A stretch of DNA of 64,000 nt, from contig JAPLZK010000002.1 in NCBI GenBank assembly GCA_026395055.1, positions 128,154 through 192,153 of the forward strand, in the 5' to 3' direction. The stretch's first letter is position 1; each line of letters begins with the position of its first letter. The position numbers and the translations under genes are program-made. The DNA comes from Candidatus Uhrbacteria bacterium. Lineage in GTDB: Bacteria; Patescibacteriota; Patescibacteriia; UBA9934; GWF2-40-263. Below, piece after piece: positions 18,358 through 27,452 of the stretch. The notes beneath the pieces were generated by a model. The model saw nothing but the letters and a program-made list of their open reading frames with translations. It was not told where the DNA came from and made no database searches.

Positions 18358-20247
18358 ATGGAAATCGTTACTCCGTTAATACCTTCTGTGCCACCAATGC
18401 AAGAAGTTCCACCACCAACGCAATCAGGATCTGTGTCAAAAAAGACATTGATGATTGTAGGGGTTGTCGTTCTTGTTCTTGTTGCTGCAGGTCTCGCGGC
18501 CATTTTGTTCATGCGTCCACGGCCAGGTATAAAGTCTGGGGTCGTTTCAACACAAGGAATGTTAAAGGAAAATGCGACAACAACTCCATCCACAGATCCA
18601 AATAGTGTTTCGATGAAGTGGGTTGCTCCTGTTGATGGTAAATTCGCAGAAACAGAATTGCCCGATGTTTTTGTTTCGCTCATCATGTCTACATTTGATA
18701 AAGAATATCTTGCGTATATAAATAAAGATGCATCAGGTAAGGTGCGTACCCCAGCAGAGGTAAAACAAAATCTCGAAATGAAAGCGTTCACCATTGGAAT
18801 GGTATCTGGAGGAAAATACGATGGCTCGACTCTCATGATGGGGGAATGGGTAGAGGGTTGGGAAATGGGTTCGACAGGAATGAATTTTTATTACCTTTTG
18901 AATCAAGAGAAGCACATAACCGTATTTGGAAAATACCTTCTGTCATTCAGTTACTTTAGTAACATGGATGGAGATTCATTTACAAAAAAGTTTCACTCAA
19001 CGGATCTCGCAGAATTTTCAAAAACAGCTTCTGTAGATGATGAGATCTCTCTTGCAGAATTTGAGATTCCAAATAAACTCGCAGATGCAGATGGTCACAC
19101 ATTCACATTCGAGAATCTTGCAAAAACAACAAGCGAGCTTAAGCCTGTTTCTGCGGCTCGTACCATGGAAATGATCGCACCAGATACACAACGAAAATTC
19201 CAAATGTCGTTTGACTCAGGAATGTATTTTTCTCTTGTGCGTCCAGATGGGTATACCGTTCATTACAGATACGATATTCCATTTGATGGAGATCAAGGGA
19301 AAGAAGTTGATTGGAGTGACGGGACGATCATGGGAACGAGTAAATACGCAACGTCACGTTCAACAGGATGCGGATATTCTTCCCCAGATGTTGTCACAGA
19401 AATCCCCGAGATGGTTCCAGGGGGTCATGTGACAGATGTAAAAGGAGTTACGTACGATTTTTACAAACCCGTTTGGGCAGCAAAGGATACGATAAAAGCG
19501 GATCCATCCGATGGACTACAAATGACAGATGCTCAGATGTATTATCAAAACTACGAACAACGCTTGTCATGGGATACAACGAACAAAACCGTTGCGTCTT
19601 ATGAAGGATTCATGAAAATGCATCCGATGTTTCTTTGGAAAGATCCGTTTGGTCGCTGGCTTCGTTTCACAAATGAAAATGTTCAGTCTGCTGCAGAGTG
19701 TGGAAAGCCTGTCATTTATCTTTATCCAACCGTTACGTCGAGTATTGATGTCACCCTCGCGCCAAAAGGTGGATTCACCTATACAGAACCCGTGTATCGC
19801 AATGGTTGGCGCGTAACCGCTTCACCAGATGGAACATTGGTAAACCGCGATGACAACAAAATGTATCCATATTTATTCTGGGAAGGTCTTGGGGGAACGT
19901 ATGTTTCCCCACAAGATTTCTGGGTCGTGAAGAAAGCAGACATTCATCGTTTTCTGGGTGTGACCCTTGCAAAGATTGGACTCAACAAAAAAGAAGTCAC
20001 TGACTTTGAAGAGTTCTGGGAGCCAAAAATGCAAGCGGCGCCATACTACAAAATTGGATTCCACGGAACACGTGTCATGAATGAGATCGCACCAATGACC
20101 ATTTCGATTCAACCAGACACAACACTCCGTGTGCTCATGGATTACTCAGAATTACAAAAACCAATCGTAGAACACCCACCAACATTAATAGGAACCCCTG
20201 TCAGAAAAGGATTTACGGTGATCGAGTGGGGAGGAGTTTTGCGATAA
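18358..20247 (+). CDS. Hypothetical membrane-anchored extracytoplasmic protein
   Basis: 629 aa with a single N-terminal TM helix after a Pro-rich leader. Sits 4 nt after the preceding gene (likely operon) and is followed by a terminator. Confidence 0.5.
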   Translation: MEIVTPLIPSVPPMQEVPPPTQSGSVSKKTLMIVGVVVLVLVAAGLAAILFMRPRPGIKSGVVSTQGMLKENATTTPSTDPNSVSMKWVAPVDGKFAETELPDVFVSLIMSTFDKEYLAYINKDASGKVRTPAEVKQNLEMKAFTIGMVSGGKYDGSTLMMGEWVEGWEMGSTGMNFYYLLNQEKHITVFGKYLLSFSYFSNMDGDSFTKKFHSTDLAEFSKTASVDDEISLAEFEIPNKLADADGHTFTFENLAKTTSELKPVSAARTMEMIAPDTQRKFQMSFDSGMYFSLVRPDGYTVHYRYDIPFDGDQGKEVDWSDGTIMGTSKYATSRSTGCGYSSPDVVTEIPEMVPGGHVTDVKGVTYDFYKPVWAAKDTIKADPSDGLQMTDAQMYYQNYEQRLSWDTTNKTVASYEGFMKMHPMFLWKDPFGRWLRFTNENVQSAAECGKPVIYLYPTVTSSIDVTLAPKGGFTYTEPVYRNGWRVTASPDGTLVNRDDNKMYPYLFWEGLGGTYVSPQDFWVVKKADIHRFLGVTLAKIGLNKKEVTDFEEFWEPKMQAAPYYKIGFHGTRVMNEIAPMTISIQPDTTLRVLMDYSELQKPIVEHPPTLIGTPVRKGFTVIEWGGVLR

Positions 20248-20252
20248 GAATC

Positions 20253-20290
20253 AAAACGCACGAGTCAATCGTGCGTTTTTATTTTTGGAA
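20253..20290 (+). terminator. Rho-independent terminator
   Basis: acgcacga-gtcaa-tcgtgcgt followed by TTTTTATTTTT. Confidence 0.7.
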
Positions 20291-20304
20291 GGTTTTTGCT
20301 ACAT

Positions 20305-20333
20305 TTGCCTCAAGCCCTTATCTTCGATATCAT
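20305..20333 (+). promoter_or_regulatory. Candidate promoter for leuS
   Basis: TTGCCT, 17-bp spacer, TATCAT, just upstream of the ATG at 20343. Confidence 0.45.
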
Positions 20334-20342
20334 CCTCTTATT

Positions 20343-22745
20343 ATGAGCTATAACCATCAGGAAATCGAAAAGAAATGGCAAGCCAAGTGGGCGGCCGCTC
20401 GAACGGGGTATGTTGACGAGTCTGTATCTCGTGACAATGCGCTTTATTACTTGATTATGTTCCCGTATCCGTCTGGTTCCGGGCTTCACGTTGGACACGT
20501 GGAATCGCAAGCCGCGATTGATATTTTGGCGCGTATGGAGCGTATGCGCGGAAAGAATGTTTTGTGCCCGATCGGTTACGATGCGTTCGGACTTCCAGCT
20601 GAGAACTATGCCATCAAGACAGGTGTGCATCCGTCCGTCACCACAAAAGCCGCGATTGAGAACTTTCACAATCAAATGCAATCGCTTGGTTTGTCTTTTG
20701 ATTGGTCGCGCGAAATCTCGACCGCGGATCCTGAATATTACAAATGGACGCAGTGGTTGTTTTTGTTGTTTTACAAAAATGGATTGGCTTATCGAAAAAA
20801 ATCTCCCGTGAACTGGTGTGAAGGGTGTCACACGGTTCTTGCGAATGAACAAGTTGTTGCCGGTGCGTGTGAGCGCTGCGGCACGGTTGTGATTCAAAAA
20901 GATTTAGAGCAGTGGTTTTTTAACATCACAAAATACGCAGACCGACTGCTCGCCGGCCTCGATTCGCTCGATTGGCCAGAAAAGATTAAGTCGATGCAAC
21001 GCAACTGGATTGGAAAATCGGTTGGGGCAGAGGTGACGTTCGGGGTGGAGGGGCGAGGGGTTAGGGGCGAGGGGCTAGCCGTAACGGTTTTCACAACGCG
21101 TCCTGATACATTGTTTGGCGCAACCTATTTGGTTCTTGCGCCAGAACATGCGCTCGTTGATTCAATTGTCACGGATGAATATCGATCGGCTATTGAAGCG
21201 TATCGCATTGCGGCATCAAAAAAATCTGCGCTTGAGCGTACGGAATTACAAAAAGAAAAGTCCGGTGCGTTTACGGGATCATTCGCCATCAACCCGGCAA
21301 CAGGAGAAAAGATTCCTGTTTGGATTGCAGACTACGTCATTACCACATATGGAACGGGAGCGATCATGGCGGTGCCAGCGCACGATGCGCGAGATTTTGA
21401 ATTTGCCAAAAAATATCAGTTGCCAATAAAAGTTGTTGTTGCAAAGGATGGAGAAGAGTTGGAAGGATTTTTTGAAGAAGGCCTCGCGGTTCATTCAGAT
21501 TTTTTGAATGGCCTCTCGACCAAAGACGCAAAACAAAAAATGATTGCTTGGCTTGAAGAGAAGGGGATTGGAAACGCAAAGACTACATTCCGTATTCGCG
21601 ATTGGCTCGTGTCTCGTCAACGTTATTGGGGAGCACCGATTCCAATTATTTGGTGTGAAGATCACGGGGCGCAAGCGGTTGAAGAAGTTCAATTGCCTGT
21701 CGAGTTGCCAACGGACGTTGATTTTAAACCAACAGGAGAATCGCCACTCGTTGACTCAAAAACATTTCACGATGTGAAATGTCCGGTGTGTGGAAAAGAC
21801 GCGCGTCGCGAGTCAGACACAATGGATACATTCGTAGATTCTTCTTGGTACTATCTTCGCTATACAGATCCGCACAACCCAAATGCGTTCGCGGATAAAT
21901 CGAAGGTAGATTATTGGTGTCCGGTTGATCTGTACCTTGGTGGTGCAGAACACGCGGTGATGCACTTGTTGTACGCACGCTTCTTTGCGTATGCGCTTCA
22001 TGATCTTGGTTATCTCAATTTCGAGGAACCGTTTATGAAGTTGCGCAACCAAGGACTCATTCTTGGACCCGATGGTGACAAGATGTCAAAGTCAAAGGGG
22101 AACGTGGTGAATCCAGATGAAGTTGTCTCAGAATACGGAGCTGATGCGCTTCGGATGTACGAAATGTTCATGGGTCCACTCGAAGACGCAAAGCCATGGG
22201 ACACAAAGGGAGTTGTTGGGATTCGTCGTTTTCTCGACAAGGTTGAGCGATTAGGAGAACGGGTGCAGGGAGCACCAGATGCGGGTGTTCAACGAACATT
22301 GCATAAAGCCATAAAAAAAGTTACGGCAGACCTGGAAGAATTAAAATTCAACACAGCGATTTCACAGCTCATGATCGTGGTGAATGAATTTTCCGCCGCG
22401 ACTTCGATCAACAAAGAAACATTTGAATCATTTTTGAAACTCCTCGCACCTCTTGCGCCGCATTTGGCAGAAGAGTTGTGGGAGAAGCTTGGGCACGCAA
22501 CGTCGATCTTTGCAGAGTCATGGCCAATGTTCGACGCGGCAATGATCGTTGATGATGTTGTAGAAATGGGAGTTCAGGTCAACGGAAAAGTTCGCGGAAC
22601 AATCTCGATTGCACCAACAGCAGATGAAGCGATCGCAAAAGATCTTGCCATGGCAGAACCAAATGTTGTGAAATGGATCGAAGGAAAAGAAATTGCAAAA
22701 ATTATTTACGTCCCAGGAAAAATCTTTAATATTGTTGTGAGATAA
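20343..22745 (+). CDS. leuS: Leucine--tRNA ligase
   Basis: HIGH-type motif (PYPSGSGLHVGH), editing domain with TTRPDTLFGATY, KMSKS motif present. Start at MSYNHQEIEKKWQ. Confidence 0.9.
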   Translation: MSYNHQEIEKKWQAKWAAARTGYVDESVSRDNALYYLIMFPYPSGSGLHVGHVESQAAIDILARMERMRGKNVLCPIGYDAFGLPAENYAIKTGVHPSVTTKAAIENFHNQMQSLGLSFDWSREISTADPEYYKWTQWLFLLFYKNGLAYRKKSPVNWCEGCHTVLANEQVVAGACERCGTVVIQKDLEQWFFNITKYADRLLAGLDSLDWPEKIKSMQRNWIGKSVGAEVTFGVEGRGVRGEGLAVTVFTTRPDTLFGATYLVLAPEHALVDSIVTDEYRSAIEAYRIAASKKSALERTELQKEKSGAFTGSFAINPATGEKIPVWIADYVITTYGTGAIMAVPAHDARDFEFAKKYQLPIKVVVAKDGEELEGFFEEGLAVHSDFLNGLSTKDAKQKMIAWLEEKGIGNAKTTFRIRDWLVSRQRYWGAPIPIIWCEDHGAQAVEEVQLPVELPTDVDFKPTGESPLVDSKTFHDVKCPVCGKDARRESDTMDTFVDSSWYYLRYTDPHNPNAFADKSKVDYWCPVDLYLGGAEHAVMHLLYARFFAYALHDLGYLNFEEPFMKLRNQGLILGPDGDKMSKSKGNVVNPDEVVSEYGADALRMYEMFMGPLEDAKPWDTKGVVGIRRFLDKVERLGERVQGAPDAGVQRTLHKAIKKVTADLEELKFNTAISQLMIVVNEFSAATSINKETFESFLKLLAPLAPHLAEELWEKLGHATSIFAESWPMFDAAMIVDDVVEMGVQVNGKVRGTISIAPTADEAIAKDLAMAEPNVVKWIEGKEIAKIIYVPGKIFNIVVR
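21041..21077. repeat. In-frame G-rich repeat insertion inside leuS (GGGG-N-GAGGGG-TTAGGGG units)
   Basis: ggggtggaggggcgaggggttaggggcgaggggctag encodes GVEGRGVRGEGLA immediately before the conserved TTRPDT block. Same unit type as the intergenic elements at 2641 and 22748. Confidence 0.65.
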
Positions 22746-22747
22746 AA

Positions 22748-22820
22748 TAGGGACGAGGGGTTAGGGGCTAGGGGTTAGGATGGCCGATCGGCTACTAATC
22801 CCTCGTCCCTCGTCCCTCAC
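22748..22820. repeat. G-rich/C-rich imperfect hairpin element with a central GCCGATCGGC palindrome
   Basis: gggacgaggggttaggggctaggggttagg ... ggccgatcggc ... taatccctcgtccctcgtccctc. Sits between the leuS stop and the ugd start. Confidence 0.7.
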
Positions 22821-22831
22821 TCCTTTCCTGT

Positions 22832-24142
22832 ATGAACTTGGTGATTGTTGGAACGGGCTATGTTGGCCTTACATCTGCACTTGGATACACGCAACTCGGA
22901 CACCGAGTTGCGTGTGTTGACGTGGATGCAGAAAAAATTGCGCAGCTTGATCTTGGTCATGTGCCATTCTTCGAGGCGGGCCTCTCGGACGTGCTGCATA
23001 TTGCACAAGAATCTGGTTCGATTATTTTTACAACAGATCTTGCGTCTGTTTTGTCAGAAGCAGAACTTGTTTTGTTTGCTGTCGGAACGCCATCGACCTC
23101 GACGGGGGAAGCGAACTTGTCGTATCTCTTGCATGCTGCACGCGACGTTGGTCGATATCTCGACCACGAGGTTCTTCTCGTTGTGAAGAGCACGGTTCCG
23201 GTTGGAACCAATCAACGCGTTCTGGAAGTTGTGCGTGAGGCAATGACCGCAGCGGGTCGACAAGATCTCACGAGCCTGATTCAGATTGCATCGCTCCCAG
23301 AATTTTTGCGAGAAGGAAGTGCACTTGCAGATTTTATGGCACCAGAACGTATTGTTGTTGGGGCAGAAGACGAAGTGGCTTATCGAATGATTGAAGAATT
23401 ACATCGTGGAATACAAACGACGTGGGTGAAAACGACGATCGAAACGGCTGAACTTACAAAGTACGCAGCAAACGCCATGCTCGCCACAAAGATCTCGTTT
23501 ATTAACGAGATCGCAAATATTGCCGAACGAACCGGGGCAAATGTGGTCGACATCGCACATGCGATTGGACTCGACTCGCGCATTGGCCCACATTTTTTAA
23601 ATGCCGGAATTGGTTATGGTGGTTCGTGTTTTCCAAAAGATGTTTCAGCGTTGCGACAGATTGCGGGATCCATTGGGTATGATTTTAAATTGTTGTCTGC
23701 GGTGATTGAGGTGAATAATCACCAGCGCGATATCTTTTTGAAAAAAATCCAAGATGTTCTTGGAGACCTGAAAGGTCGCCGCATTGCGGTTTGGGGTCTT
23801 GCCTTTAAACCGGGGACGGACGACGTTCGTGAATCTGCAGCCATCGATCTGGTTCGACGACTCTATGCGCTTGGTGCAGACGTATTGGCCTATGATCCAA
23901 AAGGAATGGAAACGGCGAAACGCGTTTTACCAGATGGAATTCAATTTGCTCCAACCGCGATTGATGCGGCAGAGGGGGCAGAGGCACTTGTTGTGTTGAC
24001 GGAGTGGCCAGAATTTCGTGATGTCTCTTTTACAACGTTAAAAGCACGTATGCTGGATCCGATTGTGTTTGATGGAAGAAATTGTCTGCGAGATGTACGA
24101 CTCGAAAAATTTGGATTTACCTATGTGGGAGTTGGGATTTAA
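22832..24142 (+). CDS. ugd: UDP-glucose 6-dehydrogenase
   Basis: N-terminal NAD-binding motif GTGYVGL, catalytic GGSCFPKD and UDPG_MGDP dehydrogenase C-terminal motifs. Confidence 0.85.
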   Translation: MNLVIVGTGYVGLTSALGYTQLGHRVACVDVDAEKIAQLDLGHVPFFEAGLSDVLHIAQESGSIIFTTDLASVLSEAELVLFAVGTPSTSTGEANLSYLLHAARDVGRYLDHEVLLVVKSTVPVGTNQRVLEVVREAMTAAGRQDLTSLIQIASLPEFLREGSALADFMAPERIVVGAEDEVAYRMIEELHRGIQTTWVKTTIETAELTKYAANAMLATKISFINEIANIAERTGANVVDIAHAIGLDSRIGPHFLNAGIGYGGSCFPKDVSALRQIAGSIGYDFKLLSAVIEVNNHQRDIFLKKIQDVLGDLKGRRIAVWGLAFKPGTDDVRESAAIDLVRRLYALGADVLAYDPKGMETAKRVLPDGIQFAPTAIDAAEGAEALVVLTEWPEFRDVSFTTLKARMLDPIVFDGRNCLRDVRLEKFGFTYVGVGI

Positions 24143-25634
24143 AAAGATCATCGCATCGCCATCAAGAACATTCATGCTTCTTGCGGCGATGTTTTGTTTT
24201 GGCATTCTTCTTGGTCCGCTCACAATTGGAATCTCGACGAATGTATATGTTGCGTCTCTCGCAATCTGTGTTTTAAGTTTCGCATTCACCCCTCCTTCAC
24301 AAGGAGGGGTTGGGGGTGGTCGCATTATTGCGCTTGTAATTTTTCTTTTTATCTTCGGATTATTCCGTTATCAACAAAGTGAAATTCCAAAAAATATCCC
24401 AACGGTTCGAGATCATGTTGGTTCACTCATACGCGTCGAAGGGGATGTCGTTTCTGAACCATCGATGGGCGCAAAATCCCAACAGGTAACGATTGGCCAT
24501 GTTCATGTTGTCGATGCGCCCGTATTCGGAAATGTCCTAGTCTCCCTCCCCTTAACAGGGGGAGGGTCGGGGTGGGGGCATGTCTTCTATGGAGACCATC
24601 TTGTTTTTTCTTGTTCGATGCAAATTCCCCGACCGTTCAGTGGGTTCGCGTACGATCGATACTTACAAGCGAAGGGAACGCTCGCGCTTTGTCGCTTTCC
24701 GCATGATCTTGAGCGTGTGCCATCGACACACGTGTCCGTCGTTGGTTCGATCCTCGCACTCAAAGGAGACATTGTCTTGTTAATGAAACGGGTCTTTCCT
24801 GAACCACACGCTTCGTTTTTATTCGGCCTTGTCTTTGGAGGGAATGTCGGCCTCGATAAAGATCTTCAAAACGATTTTGCGAAAACGGGAACGTCACACA
24901 TTCTCGCCGCATCTGGTTTCAATGTCTCACTTTTCACATTCGTCTTCTTTGGTTTCGTGATTCAATATCTCGGCCGTAAGCGCGGTGCGATTGCCACAGC
25001 GATTCTTCTTGTTGCCTATGTCATCATGGCTGGCGCGACGGCGGCCGTCGTGCGAGCTGCAGTTTTTGGAAGTGTCCTCCTCGTCGGTTCAACAATCGGG
25101 CGCCGCGCATCAATTGTGAATACACTTCTGTTTACCGCAGCGCTCATGTTGTTCTACAATCCTCGCTGGCTCCTTGACGATGTTGGTTTCCAACTTTCGT
25201 TCGTCGCATTCGTTGCAATCATTTTCGTCGCACCACGTCTCGAGACGCATCTTGCATTTGTTCCAGAGCAACTTGGGATTCGAGACGCACTTGCGGGTTC
25301 ACTCTCTGCGATCGTTCTTACATTACCGATCATGCTCTGGCAGTTCGGTGCCATCTCGCTCGTTGCTCCATTTGCAAATGTGTTTGTTCTTCCGATCGTT
25401 CCATTTCTCATGCTCTACACAATCGTGATCTTGCCGATTGCGTGGATCTCAACATCGATCGGACAACTCATTGCACTCCCATCACTCTTTGGTTCGAAGT
25501 ACATGCTTGCGATTATTTCCACGTTTGCTTCTCCGGGATTTGCGTCCGTTTCTGTTCCATTTGCACACATTGGCGCAATCGTTATCGCGATAGCACTCGG
25601 AATCGGATGCGTTGCTTATTTACGAAAGGCATGA
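24123..25634 (+). CDS. comEC: ComEC/Rec2-family competence membrane protein (no metallo-beta-lactamase domain)
   Basis: Polytopic membrane protein with the competence domain (FLFGLVFGG...GTSHILAASGFNVS...). Starts at MWELGFKK, overlapping the ugd 3' end by 20 nt in another frame. Confidence 0.75.
   Translation: MWELGFKKIIASPSRTFMLLAAMFCFGILLGPLTIGISTNVYVASLAICVLSFAFTPPSQGGVGGGRIIALVIFLFIFGLFRYQQSEIPKNIPTVRDHVGSLIRVEGDVVSEPSMGAKSQQVTIGHVHVVDAPVFGNVLVSLPLTGGGSGWGHVFYGDHLVFSCSMQIPRPFSGFAYDRYLQAKGTLALCRFPHDLERVPSTHVSVVGSILALKGDIVLLMKRVFPEPHASFLFGLVFGGNVGLDKDLQNDFAKTGTSHILAASGFNVSLFTFVFFGFVIQYLGRKRGAIATAILLVAYVIMAGATAAVVRAAVFGSVLLVGSTIGRRASIVNTLLFTAALMLFYNPRWLLDDVGFQLSFVAFVAIIFVAPRLETHLAFVPEQLGIRDALAGSLSAIVLTLPIMLWQFGAISLVAPFANVFVLPIVPFLMLYTIVILPIAWISTSIGQLIALPSLFGSKYMLAIISTFASPGFASVSVPFAHIGAIVIAIALGIGCVAYLRKA
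24288..24320. repeat. In-frame palindromic G-rich mini-element inside comEC (copy 1)
   Basis: cccctcc-ttcacaa-ggagggg followed by ttgggggtgg. Encodes TPPSQGGVGGG. Confidence 0.65.
24541..24579. repeat. In-frame palindromic G-rich mini-element inside comEC (copy 2)
   Basis: ctccctcccc-ttaaca-gggggaggg followed by tcggggtggggg. Encodes LPLTGGGSGWG. Confidence 0.65.
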
Positions 25635-25671
25635 TATCTTTGCGTCAAATTAACTTGTAACCCTTCTTTCT

Positions 25672-26130
25672 ATGGCAGATGTACAACGCACCCTCGTCCT
25701 TCTTAAACCAGACGCTCTTCAACGCGATTTGCTCGGAGAAATCCTTACGCGCTTTGAACGCAAGGGTCTCAAGATCATCGGACTCAAGTTGTTTCAACTT
25801 TCGGACGAACAACTGAACGTGCACTACGCACACCTTGCAGAAAAATCTTTTTTTGCAGACTTGAAAACATTCATGAAGCACACACCGGTTGTTGGAATCG
25901 TGCTTGAAGGAATGGAAGCTATTGCAGAAGTTCGCAAGATGATTGGTTCTACAAATCCATTGCAAGCAGATGCAGGAACGGTACGCGCAGATTTTTCTAT
26001 GAACGTTTCTTCAAACTTAGTGCATGCATCTGACTCTGTTGAGAACGCGGCAGAAGAAGTAAAACGATTCTTTAAAGAGGAAGAATTGTTCGCCTACGCA
26101 AAAATCACCGACCAATACATCTTTGGTTAA
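25672..26130 (+). CDS. ndk: Nucleoside diphosphate kinase
   Basis: Motifs RTLVLLKPD and NLVHASDS (catalytic His context). 152 aa. Confidence 0.9.
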   Translation: MADVQRTLVLLKPDALQRDLLGEILTRFERKGLKIIGLKLFQLSDEQLNVHYAHLAEKSFFADLKTFMKHTPVVGIVLEGMEAIAEVRKMIGSTNPLQADAGTVRADFSMNVSSNLVHASDSVENAAEEVKRFFKEEELFAYAKITDQYIFG

Positions 26131-26134
26131 TCAC

Positions 26135-26165
26135 AAAAAACCCTGAGCACGGCTCAGGGTTTTTG
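26135..26165 (+). terminator. Rho-independent terminator after ndk
   Basis: ccctgagc-acg-gctcaggg followed by TTTTT. Confidence 0.7.
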
Positions 26166-26167
26166 AA

Positions 26168-26196
26168 TTGACAAGCGTCGAAGATTTCGTTACTGT
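26168..26196 (+). promoter_or_regulatory. Candidate promoter for the 26228 gene
   Basis: TTGACA, 17-bp spacer, TACTGT. RBS ggagg sits before the ATG at 26228. Confidence 0.45.
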
Positions 26197-26227
26197 TCAC
26201 CTTCGTTCTTTTGGGTTTGGAGGAAAA

Positions 26228-27355
26228 ATGATTCATTGGAAGCAGTTAGATGAATGGCAGAAGGATTGGCTGAACGTGGATGTGGATGCGCTCAAAAAGC
26301 GACGAGAATTCTTACGACGCGCTCCACTGCGTGATCAGGCCTTGTTTGTTGATTCGCTTCAAGTTGTTCGCCAAGGACGACGCGAGTTGATGAAAGACTT
26401 CGCCGCCATTTACGCACATCAAACGGGATTGGATTCTGCGATTGCAAGCACGCCACACATGGATCGTTTGCTTGAACTTGCAGAACGTCATCGCGATGGT
26501 GGGTCTCCGGATCCTCGTCGGTGGTTTGAGGCGTTGAGTTTGTTTGACCAAGCGCTCGCCATCGCACGTATTGAATACAAAGATCCACTCGAATCGGTTG
26601 GACGCGACCTTGAAGTTTTGTTGGACTTTTTATGGAGCACGTTTTTTGATGATGAGTACAAGCGCATTCATCTGCATGCGTACCATGATCCTACAAAACA
26701 ATTCATCGTCACAGAAGACGACGTTTCCATAGATGAGCCACTGATTCGTCCAGGGTTGATTCATCGAGTCTATCCATTGGATTGTCGCCGTATCACAAGT
26801 GGCGGTATTGCGTTCATGGATGATCGTATCAAAGGAGCCTTTTCGACGTGGTTGAAGATTGGGCGAAAAATGAAAGATGGGATCGTGACAGATACCTATA
26901 ATGTCACAGATCGTTGCGGTCTTACATTCGTTGTTCCAACACGCGCAGACCTTGTTGAGTTTGCTCTATCGCTTCTTGATACATTGTTGAAAAACGGTGC
27001 AGAGGAGCTTGAAAAGTTGTCAGAGGCGGGTGAAGACGTTGCCGCGGATCCAACAAATCGAAGCTCCTCTTCGATGTATCGTATGGCAAAGATGCTTGTT
27101 ATGTGGCATGAGCGTGAATATGAATTCCAGTTCATTACGTTTCATGATTACTTCACCGCAAAACGTTCGCTCACGGATGCGAATCATGATCTTTATAAGC
27201 TGAGGCAGGCATGCGGCTTTTCCTTTCCGTATCTGTGGCCTACGTCCATTTACGGGATCGAGTGGGAACAAGAACATGTTCGAAACGATTTGCGTGCATG
27301 GAAAATCGACCAACTTGGTTGGCACGTGAATGGAAAACATTCCGTAAATCTTTGA
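26228..27355 (+). CDS. Hypothetical protein, possible RelA/SpoT-like (nucleotidyltransferase-fold) alarmone-synthetase-type domain
   Basis: Weak but ordered matches to RelA/SpoT synthetase motifs: D..GL.FVV (VTDRCGLTFVV), YR..H-like (MYRMAKMLVMWH), and EFQFIT...H.LYK resembling E(I/V)Q(I/L)RT...H..YK. Plus an unrecognised N-terminal region. Confidence 0.35.
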   Translation: MIHWKQLDEWQKDWLNVDVDALKKRREFLRRAPLRDQALFVDSLQVVRQGRRELMKDFAAIYAHQTGLDSAIASTPHMDRLLELAERHRDGGSPDPRRWFEALSLFDQALAIARIEYKDPLESVGRDLEVLLDFLWSTFFDDEYKRIHLHAYHDPTKQFIVTEDDVSIDEPLIRPGLIHRVYPLDCRRITSGGIAFMDDRIKGAFSTWLKIGRKMKDGIVTDTYNVTDRCGLTFVVPTRADLVEFALSLLDTLLKNGAEELEKLSEAGEDVAADPTNRSSSSMYRMAKMLVMWHEREYEFQFITFHDYFTAKRSLTDANHDLYKLRQACGFSFPYLWPTSIYGIEWEQEHVRNDLRAWKIDQLGWHVNGKHSVNL

Positions 27356-27382
27356 GATCGCGCCTGCGATCTCTTTTTGTTT
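27355..27382 (+). terminator. Rho-independent terminator
   Basis: gatcgc-gcct-gcgatc followed by TCTTTTTGTTT. Confidence 0.55.
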
Positions 27383-27385
27383 CTG

Positions 27386-27414
27386 TTGACAATTCAGGGC
27401 GCATACAATATATT
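27386..27414 (+). promoter_or_regulatory. Strong consensus sigma70-like promoter
   Basis: TTGACA, exact 17-bp spacer, TATATT. RBS ggagg and the ATG at 27453 follow. Confidence 0.6.
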
Positions 27415-27452
27415 CGCTCTCGTGTCTCAATGGTTTTTTCTTCGGAGGCTCC

